Below are positions 28,687 to 38,255 of a DNA stretch of 64,000 bases, one piece after another (the first letter of the stretch is position 1; every line of letters begins with the position of its first letter). The DNA is from Candidatus Rokuibacteriota bacterium. GTDB lineage: Bacteria > JAUVQV01 > DATDCY01. Made by a program: the position numbers and the translations under genes. Where the stretch lies: positions 48,574 to 112,573 of the forward strand of contig JANOHV010000007.1 in NCBI GenBank assembly GCA_031406795.1, read 5' to 3'. The notes beneath the pieces were generated by a model that searched no databases, was not told the DNA's origin, and worked only from the letters and a program-made list of their open reading frames with translations.

Positions 28687-28894
28687 GACGCTCCCTCCCC
28701 CGGCGCCCCAGTGAAGGCGGGCTTCCCGGGTCCCGCCGCGCGGGGATCCGCTGTTGCCGCACCACTGGGTTGATTTGGGGTATGATACCCGAAGACAGCT
28801 TCCTGAGGGTTGAGACCGATGAAACGCAGCCGTGCCCCTGGTTCCGCGGCCGTGGTGTCGGCCGCCCCGCGCGGTCCGGTGGGGGAATGGGACG

Positions 28895-30622
28895 ATGATC
28901 GACGCGCGCCGCGCTGATGCCCCGGACAAGGCGGAGGTCGCATCCGCCGGTCTGTTCATGCAGGCACTCGCAAAGGCGGACCGCGGCTTCTCGATCTACC
29001 TGCCGAACAACCCGCTGCACGACAAGTTCTTCGCGGAATTCTGCCGGCGCGCCGGGGAGCATCTCGAGGAATTCGGCACCCTGCGCCTCGAGATCACGCA
29101 CGAGAGCGTGCTGTTCGACGGGGAGACAGTCTACACCAGCCCCGACCTGCGCGAGAATTTCGCCTTCCGCATGTACGCCGACGGCATCCGCAGCCTGATC
29201 GTCGAGCGGGGCGTCGAGCCGCCCGAACTGCGCACCCTGGTCGAGATCCTCGGGCGTCCCGCGAGAGAGGATGACGAGGACGACATCGTGACCCGCCTCT
29301 GGTCCTCCGACCTGCCGCATCTGAGATACGTTCTCGCCGAAGTCCCCTTGGAGAGCAGCGCGGCCGCCCTCGACGCGGGGGTGAGCGGTTCGCGCGCCAC
29401 CCAGGCGGGAGCGCTGCGCCGCTACGCCGCCGAGCTTGCCGCCGCGCCGCCGGCGTCGCTGCTCCCGCCGCCCTCGCAGCAGATCTTCAGCCTGTCCGAG
29501 GCGGAGATTGCGACCCTCCAGGGGCTGCTCACCCAGGATGAGCAGCGCACGCCCCTAGAGGACATGGTCAGCATACTCGAGGCGGTCATCGCCGCCGAGC
29601 GGGAGGACGCGGTCCTCCAGGAATTCCTCGAGATCGTCGCGCGCCTCTGCGGCGACTTCCTGATTGCCGGCCGCGTCGACCAGGCGGTCGAACTGCTGTC
29701 ACTGCTCTCGCGCACCGCGGCCCACCCCGGATTGCCGGCGGGTAACGCGGCGAAGATCGCGGGGGTCCGCGGGCGGGTGATTACGCCCGAGGTGCTCGCG
29801 GGACTCTCCCGGCTGCTGGCGACGGGCGATGGCATCGACCGCGAGGCGCTGCGGGGCCTCGTCACCGGGCTGGGGCGTTCGGCCATCGAGCCGTTCTGCC
29901 ACATTCTCGGCGATGCCCCCGGGAAGGAAACCCGCAAGGTGCTCATCGAGGCGCTGGTTGCGGCGGGGCGGGGCTCCCCCGAACTGTTCCTGCCCTTCCT
30001 CCTCGATCCCCGCTGGTATCTCGTCCGCAACGCCATCTACATCCTGCGCCGGATCGCCGGTCCCGAGTCCGCGCGCGCGGCGCTGCGCTGCGCGGGACAC
30101 AGCGACCAGCGCGTCAGAAAAGAGGTCATGCTTTTCTTCGACGAAACCGGCGACCCCGCGGGCGAGTCGGTGATGCTCGGGTTCCTCGGCGACGACGTGC
30201 AGTCGCTGCGCGTGGCGGCGACCCGCAGCCTGGCGCGGCGCGGTTCAAGCGCCGCAGCCGAGCGCCTGCTGGCCCTCACGGCTTCACCGGGGTTCGCCGA
30301 GCGCGAACTGCTCGAGCGCGAGTCGGTCTGGGAGGCCCTCGGGGCGCTCGCTCCCGACCGCGTGCTGCCGACGTTTGCGGACATGCTGCTGAAGCGCCGC
30401 TGGTTCGCGCGTGCACAGGATCTCGATGAGACCGCCTGCGCCTGCGCTGGTCTGAAACGCATCGGCACTCCCGCGGCGGTCGATCTACTCAAGAAGGCCG
30501 CGGCCGGCAAGCGGGGCGAGCAGCGGGAGCTCGTCGAGAAGGCGCTGCGCGCCATCGCCCAGACCCGCAGGCCCGGCGTCCGGGCCGGGAACGATGCCCC
30601 CGGGGGGCCGGACCGTGGCTGA
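28895..30622 (+). CDS. HEAT/PBS-lyase-repeat protein of unknown function, translationally coupled to the downstream HD-GYP gene
   Basis: ORF 28832..30622; start preferred at ATG 28895 (GGGGGAATGGGACG SD). C-terminal HEAT-like repeats (..DPRWYLVRNAIYILRRIAG..HSDQRVRKEVMLFF..LGDDVQSLRVAATRSLARRG..). Confidence 0.55.
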   Translation: MIDARRADAPDKAEVASAGLFMQALAKADRGFSIYLPNNPLHDKFFAEFCRRAGEHLEEFGTLRLEITHESVLFDGETVYTSPDLRENFAFRMYADGIRSLIVERGVEPPELRTLVEILGRPAREDDEDDIVTRLWSSDLPHLRYVLAEVPLESSAAALDAGVSGSRATQAGALRRYAAELAAAPPASLLPPPSQQIFSLSEAEIATLQGLLTQDEQRTPLEDMVSILEAVIAAEREDAVLQEFLEIVARLCGDFLIAGRVDQAVELLSLLSRTAAHPGLPAGNAAKIAGVRGRVITPEVLAGLSRLLATGDGIDREALRGLVTGLGRSAIEPFCHILGDAPGKETRKVLIEALVAAGRGSPELFLPFLLDPRWYLVRNAIYILRRIAGPESARAALRCAGHSDQRVRKEVMLFFDETGDPAGESVMLGFLGDDVQSLRVAATRSLARRGSSAAAERLLALTASPGFAERELLERESVWEALGALAPDRVLPTFADMLLKRRWFARAQDLDETACACAGLKRIGTPAAVDLLKKAAAGKRGEQRELVEKALRAIAQTRRPGVRAGNDAPGGPDRG

Positions 30623-32033
30623 CCGCATCGATGAGCGGCTGATCCTCCTCGGCAAGCGTTTTCTGCGCTCCTTCTTCGTGCTCTACAAGACCTCGAGCAA
30701 TTACGTCGTCGGGCATCCCGCGCTCGCGCAGCCGCTGGCGGAATTCGCCGAGATCATCCGGGAGTTCGAGCACAGGCGCGAAGAGGCGCTTCTGGCCTTT
30801 CATGACGACAATCTGTACGTCGGCGAGCTGCGGCTCAAGCCGGACGCGGCCGGTTTCGACGCCTTCCTGACGACGCTGCGGGCGTTCAAGCTCGGCCGGA
30901 TCGGCAGCGTGAGCTTCACCGGCCAGGCGGGTCCCCGGGAGATCGGGGCCTGGTTCGTGCTGCTGCACGAGGTCGAGGCCTCGGTGCAGGAGGACCCCTG
31001 CGGGGCGCTGCTCGCCCGGATGGCTGCGGCGGGTCTCGGCGGCATCGCGGTCGAACGCCCCGGGGAGCAGCTCCCGGAGCGGGCCGGGATGAGCGAGGAT
31101 GCGAAGGAGCGCGCCAAGGGGATCTACGCGCAGACGCTGGAGGTCATCTCCGATGTCATGGATCACGTGAAGCTGGGCAAGGCGCTCAAGCTCAAGCGCG
31201 CCAAGCGGGTCGTGCAGTCGATGATCGACCAGCTTCTCGAGGCCGAGACCAACCTGCTCGGGCTCACCAACCTGCGCTGCTACGATGAGTACACGTACAA
31301 CCACTCGGTCAACGTCGGCATTCTTTCGATCGCCATCGGCCAGCGCGTCGGCATCGGCAAGAACCGTCTGGTCGATCTGGGCATGGCGGCGGTCTTCCAC
31401 GACATCGGCAAATCCTGCATTCCGCTCGCCGTGCTCAACAAGCCCGCGCCGTTCGACGAGCGGGAGTGGGCCGTGATACGGCGCCACCCGGTCCTCGGCG
31501 TCAAGGAACTGCTCAAGCTCAAGGGGGCGGATGCGCTGACGGCGCGTATCATGCAGGGGGCGTTCGAGCATCATTTGCATTTGGACGGTTCCGGATATCC
31601 CCAGGTGGCATATCCCCGCGGCGTCAGCCTCAGCGGGCGGATCGTCGCGATCGCCGACTGCTACGACGCGCTGACTTCCTCAAGGGTCTACCGCCGCACC
31701 GCCGACACGCCGGACGCCACGCTGCGCTACATCCTGCAGAAGAGCGGGACGCTCTACGACCCGATTCTCGCCAAGCTCTTCGTGAACGTCCTCGGGGTCT
31801 ACCCGGTGGGGACGCTCTGCCAGCTCTCGAGCGGGGAACTCGGGGTGGTCATGGAGTGCAACCCGGATCCGGAGCAATGGGAAAGCCCCCGCGTGAAGGT
31901 CATCGCCAGCGCCGATGGCACCGCGGTGGACGGGACCATGGTCGACCTGGCGGACCCCGCTTCGGGCCGGCGGATCGCCCAAACGCTCGACGCCCGCCGC
32001 CACGACATCGACGTCGCCCGCTACTTTCTATAA
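30594..32033 (+). CDS. HD-GYP domain c-di-GMP phosphodiesterase-like protein
   Basis: 479 aa. HD motif NHSVNVGILSIAIG...AAVFHDIGK and HHLHLDGSGYP (HD-GYP signature). Overlaps the HEAT-repeat gene by 29 nt; the start could alternatively be GTG 30615. Confidence 0.8.
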   Translation: MPPGGRTVADRIDERLILLGKRFLRSFFVLYKTSSNYVVGHPALAQPLAEFAEIIREFEHRREEALLAFHDDNLYVGELRLKPDAAGFDAFLTTLRAFKLGRIGSVSFTGQAGPREIGAWFVLLHEVEASVQEDPCGALLARMAAAGLGGIAVERPGEQLPERAGMSEDAKERAKGIYAQTLEVISDVMDHVKLGKALKLKRAKRVVQSMIDQLLEAETNLLGLTNLRCYDEYTYNHSVNVGILSIAIGQRVGIGKNRLVDLGMAAVFHDIGKSCIPLAVLNKPAPFDEREWAVIRRHPVLGVKELLKLKGADALTARIMQGAFEHHLHLDGSGYPQVAYPRGVSLSGRIVAIADCYDALTSSRVYRRTADTPDATLRYILQKSGTLYDPILAKLFVNVLGVYPVGTLCQLSSGELGVVMECNPDPEQWESPRVKVIASADGTAVDGTMVDLADPASGRRIAQTLDARRHDIDVARYFL

Positions 32034-32081
32034 AGCCGGAGGGAGGCGGTTCAAGAGGGTCTGGATGCAAGCAGGCCCTTT

Positions 32082-32450
32082 TCAACCGCCGAGTAAACGG
32101 TTCAGGCGTTCGCGGATGGCGGCGAGGCGGTAGGGCTTCGTGATGAAGTCGTCGCAGCCGGCCTGCCGGGCCATCTCTTCCGAGTATTGCACGGTGCGCG
32201 CCGTGACCGCGGCGATCTTCGTGAACCGCAACCCCGGCGTCGCCTTGATGACGCGTGCCGCCTCGTAGCCGTTCATCTTGGGCAGATCGATGTCCATGAC
32301 GATCAGGTCGGGTTGCTCGCGAACGGCGACCTCAACGGCTTCCTGGCCGTCTTTGGCGTACAACAGTTGATGTCCCCGGCCCTCGAGGGCGATCGCGAGA
32401 ATTCGCCGGCTGGTTTCCTCGTCGTCGACGATCAGGATTTTCTTGGCCAT
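32082..32450 (-). CDS. Single-domain response regulator (CheY-like)
   Basis: ORF 32082..32954, trimmed to MAKKILIVDDEETSRRILAIALEGRGHQLLYAKDGQEAVE...LIVMDIDLPKMNGYEAARVIK (ATG 32450, AGGAGG SD). The upstream extension is low-complexity. Confidence 0.85.
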   Translation of the reverse strand: MAKKILIVDDEETSRRILAIALEGRGHQLLYAKDGQEAVEVAVREQPDLIVMDIDLPKMNGYEAARVIKATPGLRFTKIAAVTARTVQYSEEMARQAGCDDFITKPYRLAAIRERLNRLLGG

Positions 32451-32511
32451 GGTCCCTCCTTGCACGGACATGGTAGCACGACGCTGAAAATTCGTTGAAC
32501 GGGACGGCTGT

Positions 32512-35397
32512 TCAACAGGGTTCCGGCTGCTGTCGGCCGCCTGCCGGCACGGTGCCGTCGAGCACGTGTCGCAGAGACCGGGCGATTTCCTCCGGACCGA
32601 GGTTCTTGGACAGGAGCGTGTCCCCCGTCTCGAGCAGGCCGCGCTGAGCGAGTTGAGAATCCGGGTGTCCGGACAAGAAGACGATCCGCACGCCGGCAAC
32701 CCGCGCGCGCGCCACCCCGGCGACGTGGCGTGCGCTGATGTCGGGGAGCGTGACATCGCAGAGGAGCAGGTCGGGCTGGACGCGATCCCTCTCGAGCAGG
32801 CGCAGGGTCTCCTCCCCGCCGCGGGCTTCGAGGACCCGGTACCCGAGGTCGGCGAGCTTGCGTCCCAGGGCATGGAGTGCCAGCGGGTCGTCCTCGACGA
32901 GAAGGATCGTTTCCGTCCCGCGCGGCGCGGGAGAGGTCGCGAACGCATCCCCACCGGGGATCGCGGGCAGATAGACGAAAAACGTCGCTCCCGCCCCCTG
33001 CTCGCTCTGCACCCGCATGGCGCCCCCGTGCTGCGAGACGATCCCGTAGGCCGTGGCCAGCCCGAGTCCGGTGCCCTGTCCCGGTTCCTTCGTCGTGAAG
33101 AAGGGGTCGAAGATCCGCGCGCACACCTTCGGGCTCATCCCGGTGCCGCTGTCGCTGACCTTGAGCAGGGCGTACTTTCCCGGTGCGATCCCCGGATGCG
33201 CCGGGTCGCTGTCGACCAGGTCGACCAACCCGGTCTCGATCGAGAGATTGCCGCCGTCGGGCATGGCGTCGCGGGCGTTGACGGCAAGGTTCATCAGCAC
33301 CTGGCCGATCTGTACGGGGTCGGCGATCACCGGGCACGGGTTGTCGGCACCGCGGATTTCAATGGCGATCTTCTTCGGAAAAACGTGGACGAGCATCACC
33401 CGCGTCTCTTCGACGAGAAGGCGCAGGTCGACGGGGTGCATCCGCAGTTCCTGTTTGCGGCCGAACGCCAGGAGCTGCTGGACCAGGCCGGATCCGCGCT
33501 CGGCCGCGCCGATGACCGCTTCGAGTTCGGGGCGCGCCATGTGGTCCGCGGGGAGCTGCTCGGCGGCCGCGTCGGTGAGGCCGATCACCGCGAGCAGGAT
33601 GTTGTTGAAGTCGTGGGCGATCCCGGAGGCCAGCGTGCCGATGGACTGCATCTTCTGGGCCTGCAGCAGCAGCGAATTGAGCCGGAGACGCTCCTCCTCG
33701 GCGCTCGCCAGGGAGGTCACGTCCTCGACGAAGACCACAACCTTGCGCTGCCCGCTCTCTTCGATGGGGATGCCGGTGAACTGCCCGATCACGAGCTGGC
33801 CGGAGGGACAATGGAATTCGGCCGGGCCGAACCGGAAGGGCACGCCTTGGATCGCCCCCTGGACGTGGCGGGCCATGCCGATCTCGGTCCACCCCGGGAA
33901 GCCGCCGACCAGGGCGCCCACGAACTGCTCGAGCGGGTAGCCCGAGATGGCGATCATCGACGGGTTGGCGAACTCGACGCGGAGCTGTTCGTTCACGATG
34001 AAGACGCCGAACGGGGCGCGGCCGAGGATCCCCTGGAGACGCTCGGCGGCCAGGGTGAGTTCGACCATCGCCTGCTTGCGCTCGGAGATGTCGTGCACGA
34101 CGTGGATGATGCCGCCGCCGGCGCGCGGCAGGGCCGTAATCTCCAGGTGCCGACCGAGGAACGGCTCGTCGAGGTTGATGGTTGTCGGCACCCCGGTGGC
34201 GAGGGTCTCGCAGCCGGGGCAGCCGACTATCGCGGTTCCCCGTCCGTGGAACAGCTCGAAGCACCGGGTCCCCGCGAGAGAGGCAGCCGGGGAGCCGAGA
34301 AGCCCGGCGGCCGCGGCGTTTGCGCGCAGCACGACGAAGTTCGCATCGTGGATGGTGATGCCCTCGCGGATGCTGTTGAAGGTCTCCTCCCAGTCGTCGC
34401 GCGCGTCCAGGATAGCCTGCTCCATGGACTTGATGGCGGAAATGTCGCGGAGCGTGAGGACGGCGCCCCCCGCCCGCGCGCGACCCTGCGGGATGGGTTC
34501 GGCGGTTGCGAGAAACCAGCGATCGGCGGCGGCGTGCCGGGTCTCGGCCGCAGAGCGCGCCCCCGTGCGCTGCACGGCAACCAGCGGCGGCAGCGCCCCG
34601 GCGAGCCCGGCATCTTTCAGCAGGTCGCCGGCCGGCAGACCCACGAGGTCCCGGGGGTTCGTGCGCGAAAAGAGCGCGGTTGCGAGGTTGGCCTTCACGA
34701 CGCGCCCCTCGCTGTCGATCATCAGCATCAGGTCGTCCGTCGAGTCGAACGCCGCCCGCCACTCGTTCGAGGCGTTGATCAGCGCCGCGGTGCGCTCCTC
34801 GACTTGATCTTCGAGCTGACGGTCTTTGGCGATCAGGTCATAGGCCAGGCCGATCCCGCGTATCAACGCGGTACGGTGCATCTTGCGCATGAAGATCGTC
34901 ACCGCGAGGATGGCGAGGAAAAGGTAGTTCTGGGTGAAGAAGATCCGGGGCGCGATGGACGTCCCCCACAGCAGCAGCGGCACGAGGAAGATGCCGTAGA
35001 TGGTTCCGGCCATCAGCAGGTGGAAGCCGGCGCTGGCCGGGATGAAGCCGAGTGCGGTCACCGCCAGCAGGATCATGCCGTCGCCGTAGGCCGAGTCGTA
35101 GCTGCCGGAATCGAGGATGATGATTTCGATGGTGGCCGCGGCGCAGACGACGCCCGTCAGGATCCAGGCACGCAGGGCACGCGGGGATCGAACGGTGGCC
35201 ACCTGGCGCCAGACGAGAAGCAGGACGGCGGCGACCGCAATGCGATAGGCGAGAAAACGCAGCGCGAAAGTCGGGACGCTGACGAAATCCAGGGGGGAGA
35301 TCAGCAGGAAAATGATCGCGCCGATCGGCGCCGTGCGGACGGACCACTCGCGAAGGGTTCTTTCCAGTTCGCAGCTGACGTGTTCGTCGCGTGTCAT
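32512..35397 (-). CDS. Membrane-bound hybrid sensor histidine kinase (N-terminal multi-TM sensor, PAS/PAC domains, HisKA, HATPase_c, C-terminal receiver domains)
   Basis: 961 aa. N-terminal hydrophobic segments, several PAS regions, H-box IAHDFNNIL, the ATPase G-box DSGTGM...GTGLGLATAYGIV, and two REC-like regions at the C-terminus. Confidence 0.85.
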   Translation of the reverse strand: MTRDEHVSCELERTLREWSVRTAPIGAIIFLLISPLDFVSVPTFALRFLAYRIAVAAVLLLVWRQVATVRSPRALRAWILTGVVCAAATIEIIILDSGSYDSAYGDGMILLAVTALGFIPASAGFHLLMAGTIYGIFLVPLLLWGTSIAPRIFFTQNYLFLAILAVTIFMRKMHRTALIRGIGLAYDLIAKDRQLEDQVEERTAALINASNEWRAAFDSTDDLMLMIDSEGRVVKANLATALFSRTNPRDLVGLPAGDLLKDAGLAGALPPLVAVQRTGARSAAETRHAAADRWFLATAEPIPQGRARAGGAVLTLRDISAIKSMEQAILDARDDWEETFNSIREGITIHDANFVVLRANAAAAGLLGSPAASLAGTRCFELFHGRGTAIVGCPGCETLATGVPTTINLDEPFLGRHLEITALPRAGGGIIHVVHDISERKQAMVELTLAAERLQGILGRAPFGVFIVNEQLRVEFANPSMIAISGYPLEQFVGALVGGFPGWTEIGMARHVQGAIQGVPFRFGPAEFHCPSGQLVIGQFTGIPIEESGQRKVVVFVEDVTSLASAEEERLRLNSLLLQAQKMQSIGTLASGIAHDFNNILLAVIGLTDAAAEQLPADHMARPELEAVIGAAERGSGLVQQLLAFGRKQELRMHPVDLRLLVEETRVMLVHVFPKKIAIEIRGADNPCPVIADPVQIGQVLMNLAVNARDAMPDGGNLSIETGLVDLVDSDPAHPGIAPGKYALLKVSDSGTGMSPKVCARIFDPFFTTKEPGQGTGLGLATAYGIVSQHGGAMRVQSEQGAGATFFVYLPAIPGGDAFATSPAPRGTETILLVEDDPLALHALGRKLADLGYRVLEARGGEETLRLLERDRVQPDLLLCDVTLPDISARHVAGVARARVAGVRIVFLSGHPDSQLAQRGLLETGDTLLSKNLGPEEIARSLRHVLDGTVPAGGRQQPEPC

Positions 35398-35452
35398 GGC
35401 GCTCCCCCCCTGCGGAACCCCGGGTTTTCAGGATTCTGCTGTTGGGTTCTGA

Positions 35453-36631
35453 CTACTTGTACAACAGGGAATTCGCGGTTCGCTGCTCAAAGGCGGCCAA
35501 CTCGCGCGACCACGCCCGTTCGAGCGCGGCGACCGGCTGCCCCGCATCCAGCCCTTCGCGGATGCGGGCGTCTCCCGTCAACAGGTCGATCGGCAGGCGA
35601 ACCGTCTCGTATTCGTAGGGGGGCGGTCGCCAGAGTTCGGCGTCGGGCCAGAGCCGGCGAATCTCCGTCAGCAGCGCGAGCGTCGTGCGATAGGGACGGT
35701 AGGCGCGCGGGTCGACGACGTGGATCTGCAGGCCGCCGCAGACCTGCCCCGCCCACTTCTGGAATGTCGGCTGGAACCAGGCTTCCCGGAAGACCGCCCC
35801 AGGGAGGCGGCGGCGGCGCAGCGCGGCGCACAGCGGCGCGGGATCGATCCAGGGCGCGCCGCAGCTCTCGAAGGGCCGCGTAGTGCCCCGTCCCTCCGAG
35901 AGCAGTGTCCCTTCGAGGAGCACCTGGCCGGGGTAGACCAGCGCCGTGTCGGGCGTCGGCATGTTCGGGCTCGGCGGCACCCAGGGCAGCCCGGTGTCGG
36001 TGAAGAGCAGCCGCCGGCGCCAGCCGCGCAGCCGGATGACGTGCAGGTCGACGTCGATGCCCCCTTCGGCGGTGAAGAGCCGCGCCAGCTCGCCCATCGT
36101 GAGGCCATGGCGCATCGGGAGCGGGTGGGCGCCGACGAAGGAGAGCTGCGCGGGGACGAGGAGGTTGCCTTCGGTCGTGCCGCCGACCGGGTTTGGCCGG
36201 TCGAGAACCACGATCTTCTTCCCGAGGCGGGCCGCCTCCTCGAGGCAGTAGCGCAGCGTCGTGATGAAGGTGTAGACGCGGCAGCCGACATCCTGCAGGT
36301 CGACCAGCAGCATGTCGATCCCCGCGAACATCTCCGCGGTCGGTCGGCGAACGTCGGCGTAGAGCGAGTACACCGGGATGCCGAGCGCGGGGTCGCGCCC
36401 GTGCCGGGATTCGACCATGTTGTCCTGCTGCTCGCCGAAGATGCCGTGCTGCGGTGAAAAAAGCGCCGTGAGGCGCCGGCCGAATTTTTTCGCGACGAGG
36501 TCGCGGGCGTGCCGCAGGTTCGCGTCGACGGAGGCCTGATTGCAGAGCAGACCGAGCCGGGCTTGCGCGAGGAATCCCGGCGGCTTGGCGAGCAGGGCCT
36601 CGAGTCCGGTGGTGACGCGTCGATTGGCCAT
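35453..36631 (-). CDS. DUF1343-family protein (NamZ-like exo-beta-N-acetylmuramidase family)
   Basis: 392 aa with family-typical blocks (..LFSPQHG..VYSLY..LLVDLQDVGCRVYTFITTL..VVLDRPNP..GLPWVPPSPNMPT..). Confidence 0.7.
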   Translation of the reverse strand: MANRRVTTGLEALLAKPPGFLAQARLGLLCNQASVDANLRHARDLVAKKFGRRLTALFSPQHGIFGEQQDNMVESRHGRDPALGIPVYSLYADVRRPTAEMFAGIDMLLVDLQDVGCRVYTFITTLRYCLEEAARLGKKIVVLDRPNPVGGTTEGNLLVPAQLSFVGAHPLPMRHGLTMGELARLFTAEGGIDVDLHVIRLRGWRRRLLFTDTGLPWVPPSPNMPTPDTALVYPGQVLLEGTLLSEGRGTTRPFESCGAPWIDPAPLCAALRRRRLPGAVFREAWFQPTFQKWAGQVCGGLQIHVVDPRAYRPYRTTLALLTEIRRLWPDAELWRPPPYEYETVRLPIDLLTGDARIREGLDAGQPVAALERAWSRELAAFEQRTANSLLYK

Positions 36632-36865
36632 GGCCGGCGTCCCTTCCCCCCCCGATCCGATGTTTGCAGCTGTCCCCGACCCTGGATGGCGACTATAGCA
36701 TGCCGGCAGGCGCTTGATTTTCTTGACACAAGTTCAAGGAACTGGTAGGTAATTCAGTCGCCGTGACGGGGACGGGCGCTTGCCGGAACAAAGGTGGACG
36801 CAATTGCCGTGTTTGTCCGTCGCGCTCGAACAGTGGTGGGTGAGAACCCGGGCAAAGGAGCGCAC

Positions 36866-37330
36866 ATGCAAGAGTTGAGTTTCGCGGAGATTATCAGCTA
36901 CGCCACGATCGCCGAGGACAACGCCATCGCCTTCTACAAGAGCGCGGCGGCGATGGCTTCGCAGCCGAGCGTGAAGAAGTTCCTCGAGGAGCTGGCGGCG
37001 ATGGAAGCCGGCCACAAGCGGCACCTCGAGAAGCTGATCCAGAAGTTCGAGAAGAGCAAGTGCATCCCGAGGCTCCAGAAGGAAATCCACACCCTCGGGT
37101 ACGCCGAGTTCATCAAGCCGATCACGCTCGACGCCGACTCCTCCTACAAGGACGCGATCGAGGCCGCGATGGTCAAGGAGCGCGAAGCGGTCGCCACCTA
37201 CGAGAAACTGTCGATCTACGTCGACGACCCGGACGCCAAGCAGGTCTTCAAGCTGCTGCTCGAGGAGGAGAAGAAACACCTCAAGCGCTTCGAGACCGAG
37301 TACGACGATTTGACGAATCAGAACTGGTAG
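36866..37330 (+). CDS. Rubrerythrin/erythrin-like ferritin-fold diiron protein (no rubredoxin domain)
   Basis: ORF 36794..37330, trimmed to MQELSFAEIISYA (ATG 36866, AAAGGAG SD). Two E...EXXH pairs (EDNAIAFY...ELAAMEAGH; EREAVATY...EEEKKH). Confidence 0.7.
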   Translation: MQELSFAEIISYATIAEDNAIAFYKSAAAMASQPSVKKFLEELAAMEAGHKRHLEKLIQKFEKSKCIPRLQKEIHTLGYAEFIKPITLDADSSYKDAIEAAMVKEREAVATYEKLSIYVDDPDAKQVFKLLLEEEKKHLKRFETEYDDLTNQNW

Positions 37331-37345
37331 GGGGACGAGAGAGCC

Positions 37346-38203
37346 ATGTTTGAGATTCTGGAGAAGAAAGTCTGGCTGGCCGAGGAGCCGCGGATCGTCG
37401 AGTTCCTCGTGAAGGCCCCCGAGATCGCCCGCGCGCATCACGCCGGGCAGTTCGTGATCGTCATCCCGGTCGAGGGCGGCGAGCGCATCCCGCTGACGAT
37501 CGCCGACAGCGACGCCAAGGCCGGCACGATCAGCCTGGTCTTCCAGGAGGTCGGCGCCTCGACGATCCTGCTCGGCCGCCTCGAGAAGGGGCAGCCGATC
37601 CCGCACGTCGCCGGCCCGCTCGGCAAGCCGACGCACATCGAGAGGTTCGACGGCGCGGTGGTCTGCGTCGGCGGCGGCATCGGCGTCGCGCCGATCCACC
37701 CGATCGCCAAGGCCATGAAGGCCGCCGGCAACCACGTGATCTCGATCCTGGGAGCGCGCTCGAAGAACCTGATGATCTACGAGGACCGGATGTGGGCCGC
37801 GAGCAACGACGTGCGGATCACCACCGACGACGGTTCCTACGGCCGCAAGGGTTTCGTCACCGACGAGCTCAAGGGGATCATCGAGGGCGGCACGAAGGTC
37901 GGCTGCGCAGTCGTGATCGGGCCGCCGATCATGATGAAGTTCACCTGCAAGGTCACCGAGCCGCACAAGATCCCGACGTTCGCCAGCCTGAACACGATCA
38001 TGGTCGACGGCACCGGGATGTGCGGCGCCTGCCGCGTGACCGTGGGCGGCAAGACCAGGTTCGTCTGCGTGGACGGCCCGGAGTTCGACGGGCACCAGGT
38101 GGACTTCGACGAGATGATGGCGCGCCAGCGGCAGTACCTCCCCGAGGAGAAGCAGGCGAAGGACCGCTGCCAGAGCGGCCACGGCACCTGCCACACGGTC
38201 TAG
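37346..38203 (+). CDS. nfnA: NfnA/SudB-type FAD and [2Fe-2S] ferredoxin-NADP+ reductase-like subunit (PyrK/GltD-small-partner family)
   Basis: 285 aa. MFEILEKKVWLAEEPRIVEFLVKAPEIARAHHAGQFVIV...GGGIGVAPIHPIAKA...CGACRV (Cys cluster at the C-terminus). Confidence 0.8.
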   Translation: MFEILEKKVWLAEEPRIVEFLVKAPEIARAHHAGQFVIVIPVEGGERIPLTIADSDAKAGTISLVFQEVGASTILLGRLEKGQPIPHVAGPLGKPTHIERFDGAVVCVGGGIGVAPIHPIAKAMKAAGNHVISILGARSKNLMIYEDRMWAASNDVRITTDDGSYGRKGFVTDELKGIIEGGTKVGCAVVIGPPIMMKFTCKVTEPHKIPTFASLNTIMVDGTGMCGACRVTVGGKTRFVCVDGPEFDGHQVDFDEMMARQRQYLPEEKQAKDRCQSGHGTCHTV

Positions 38204-38255
38204 CCCGGGCGACCGGCGAGCGTGCAACCCAAGAGCGATCGAGGACGACGAGACG

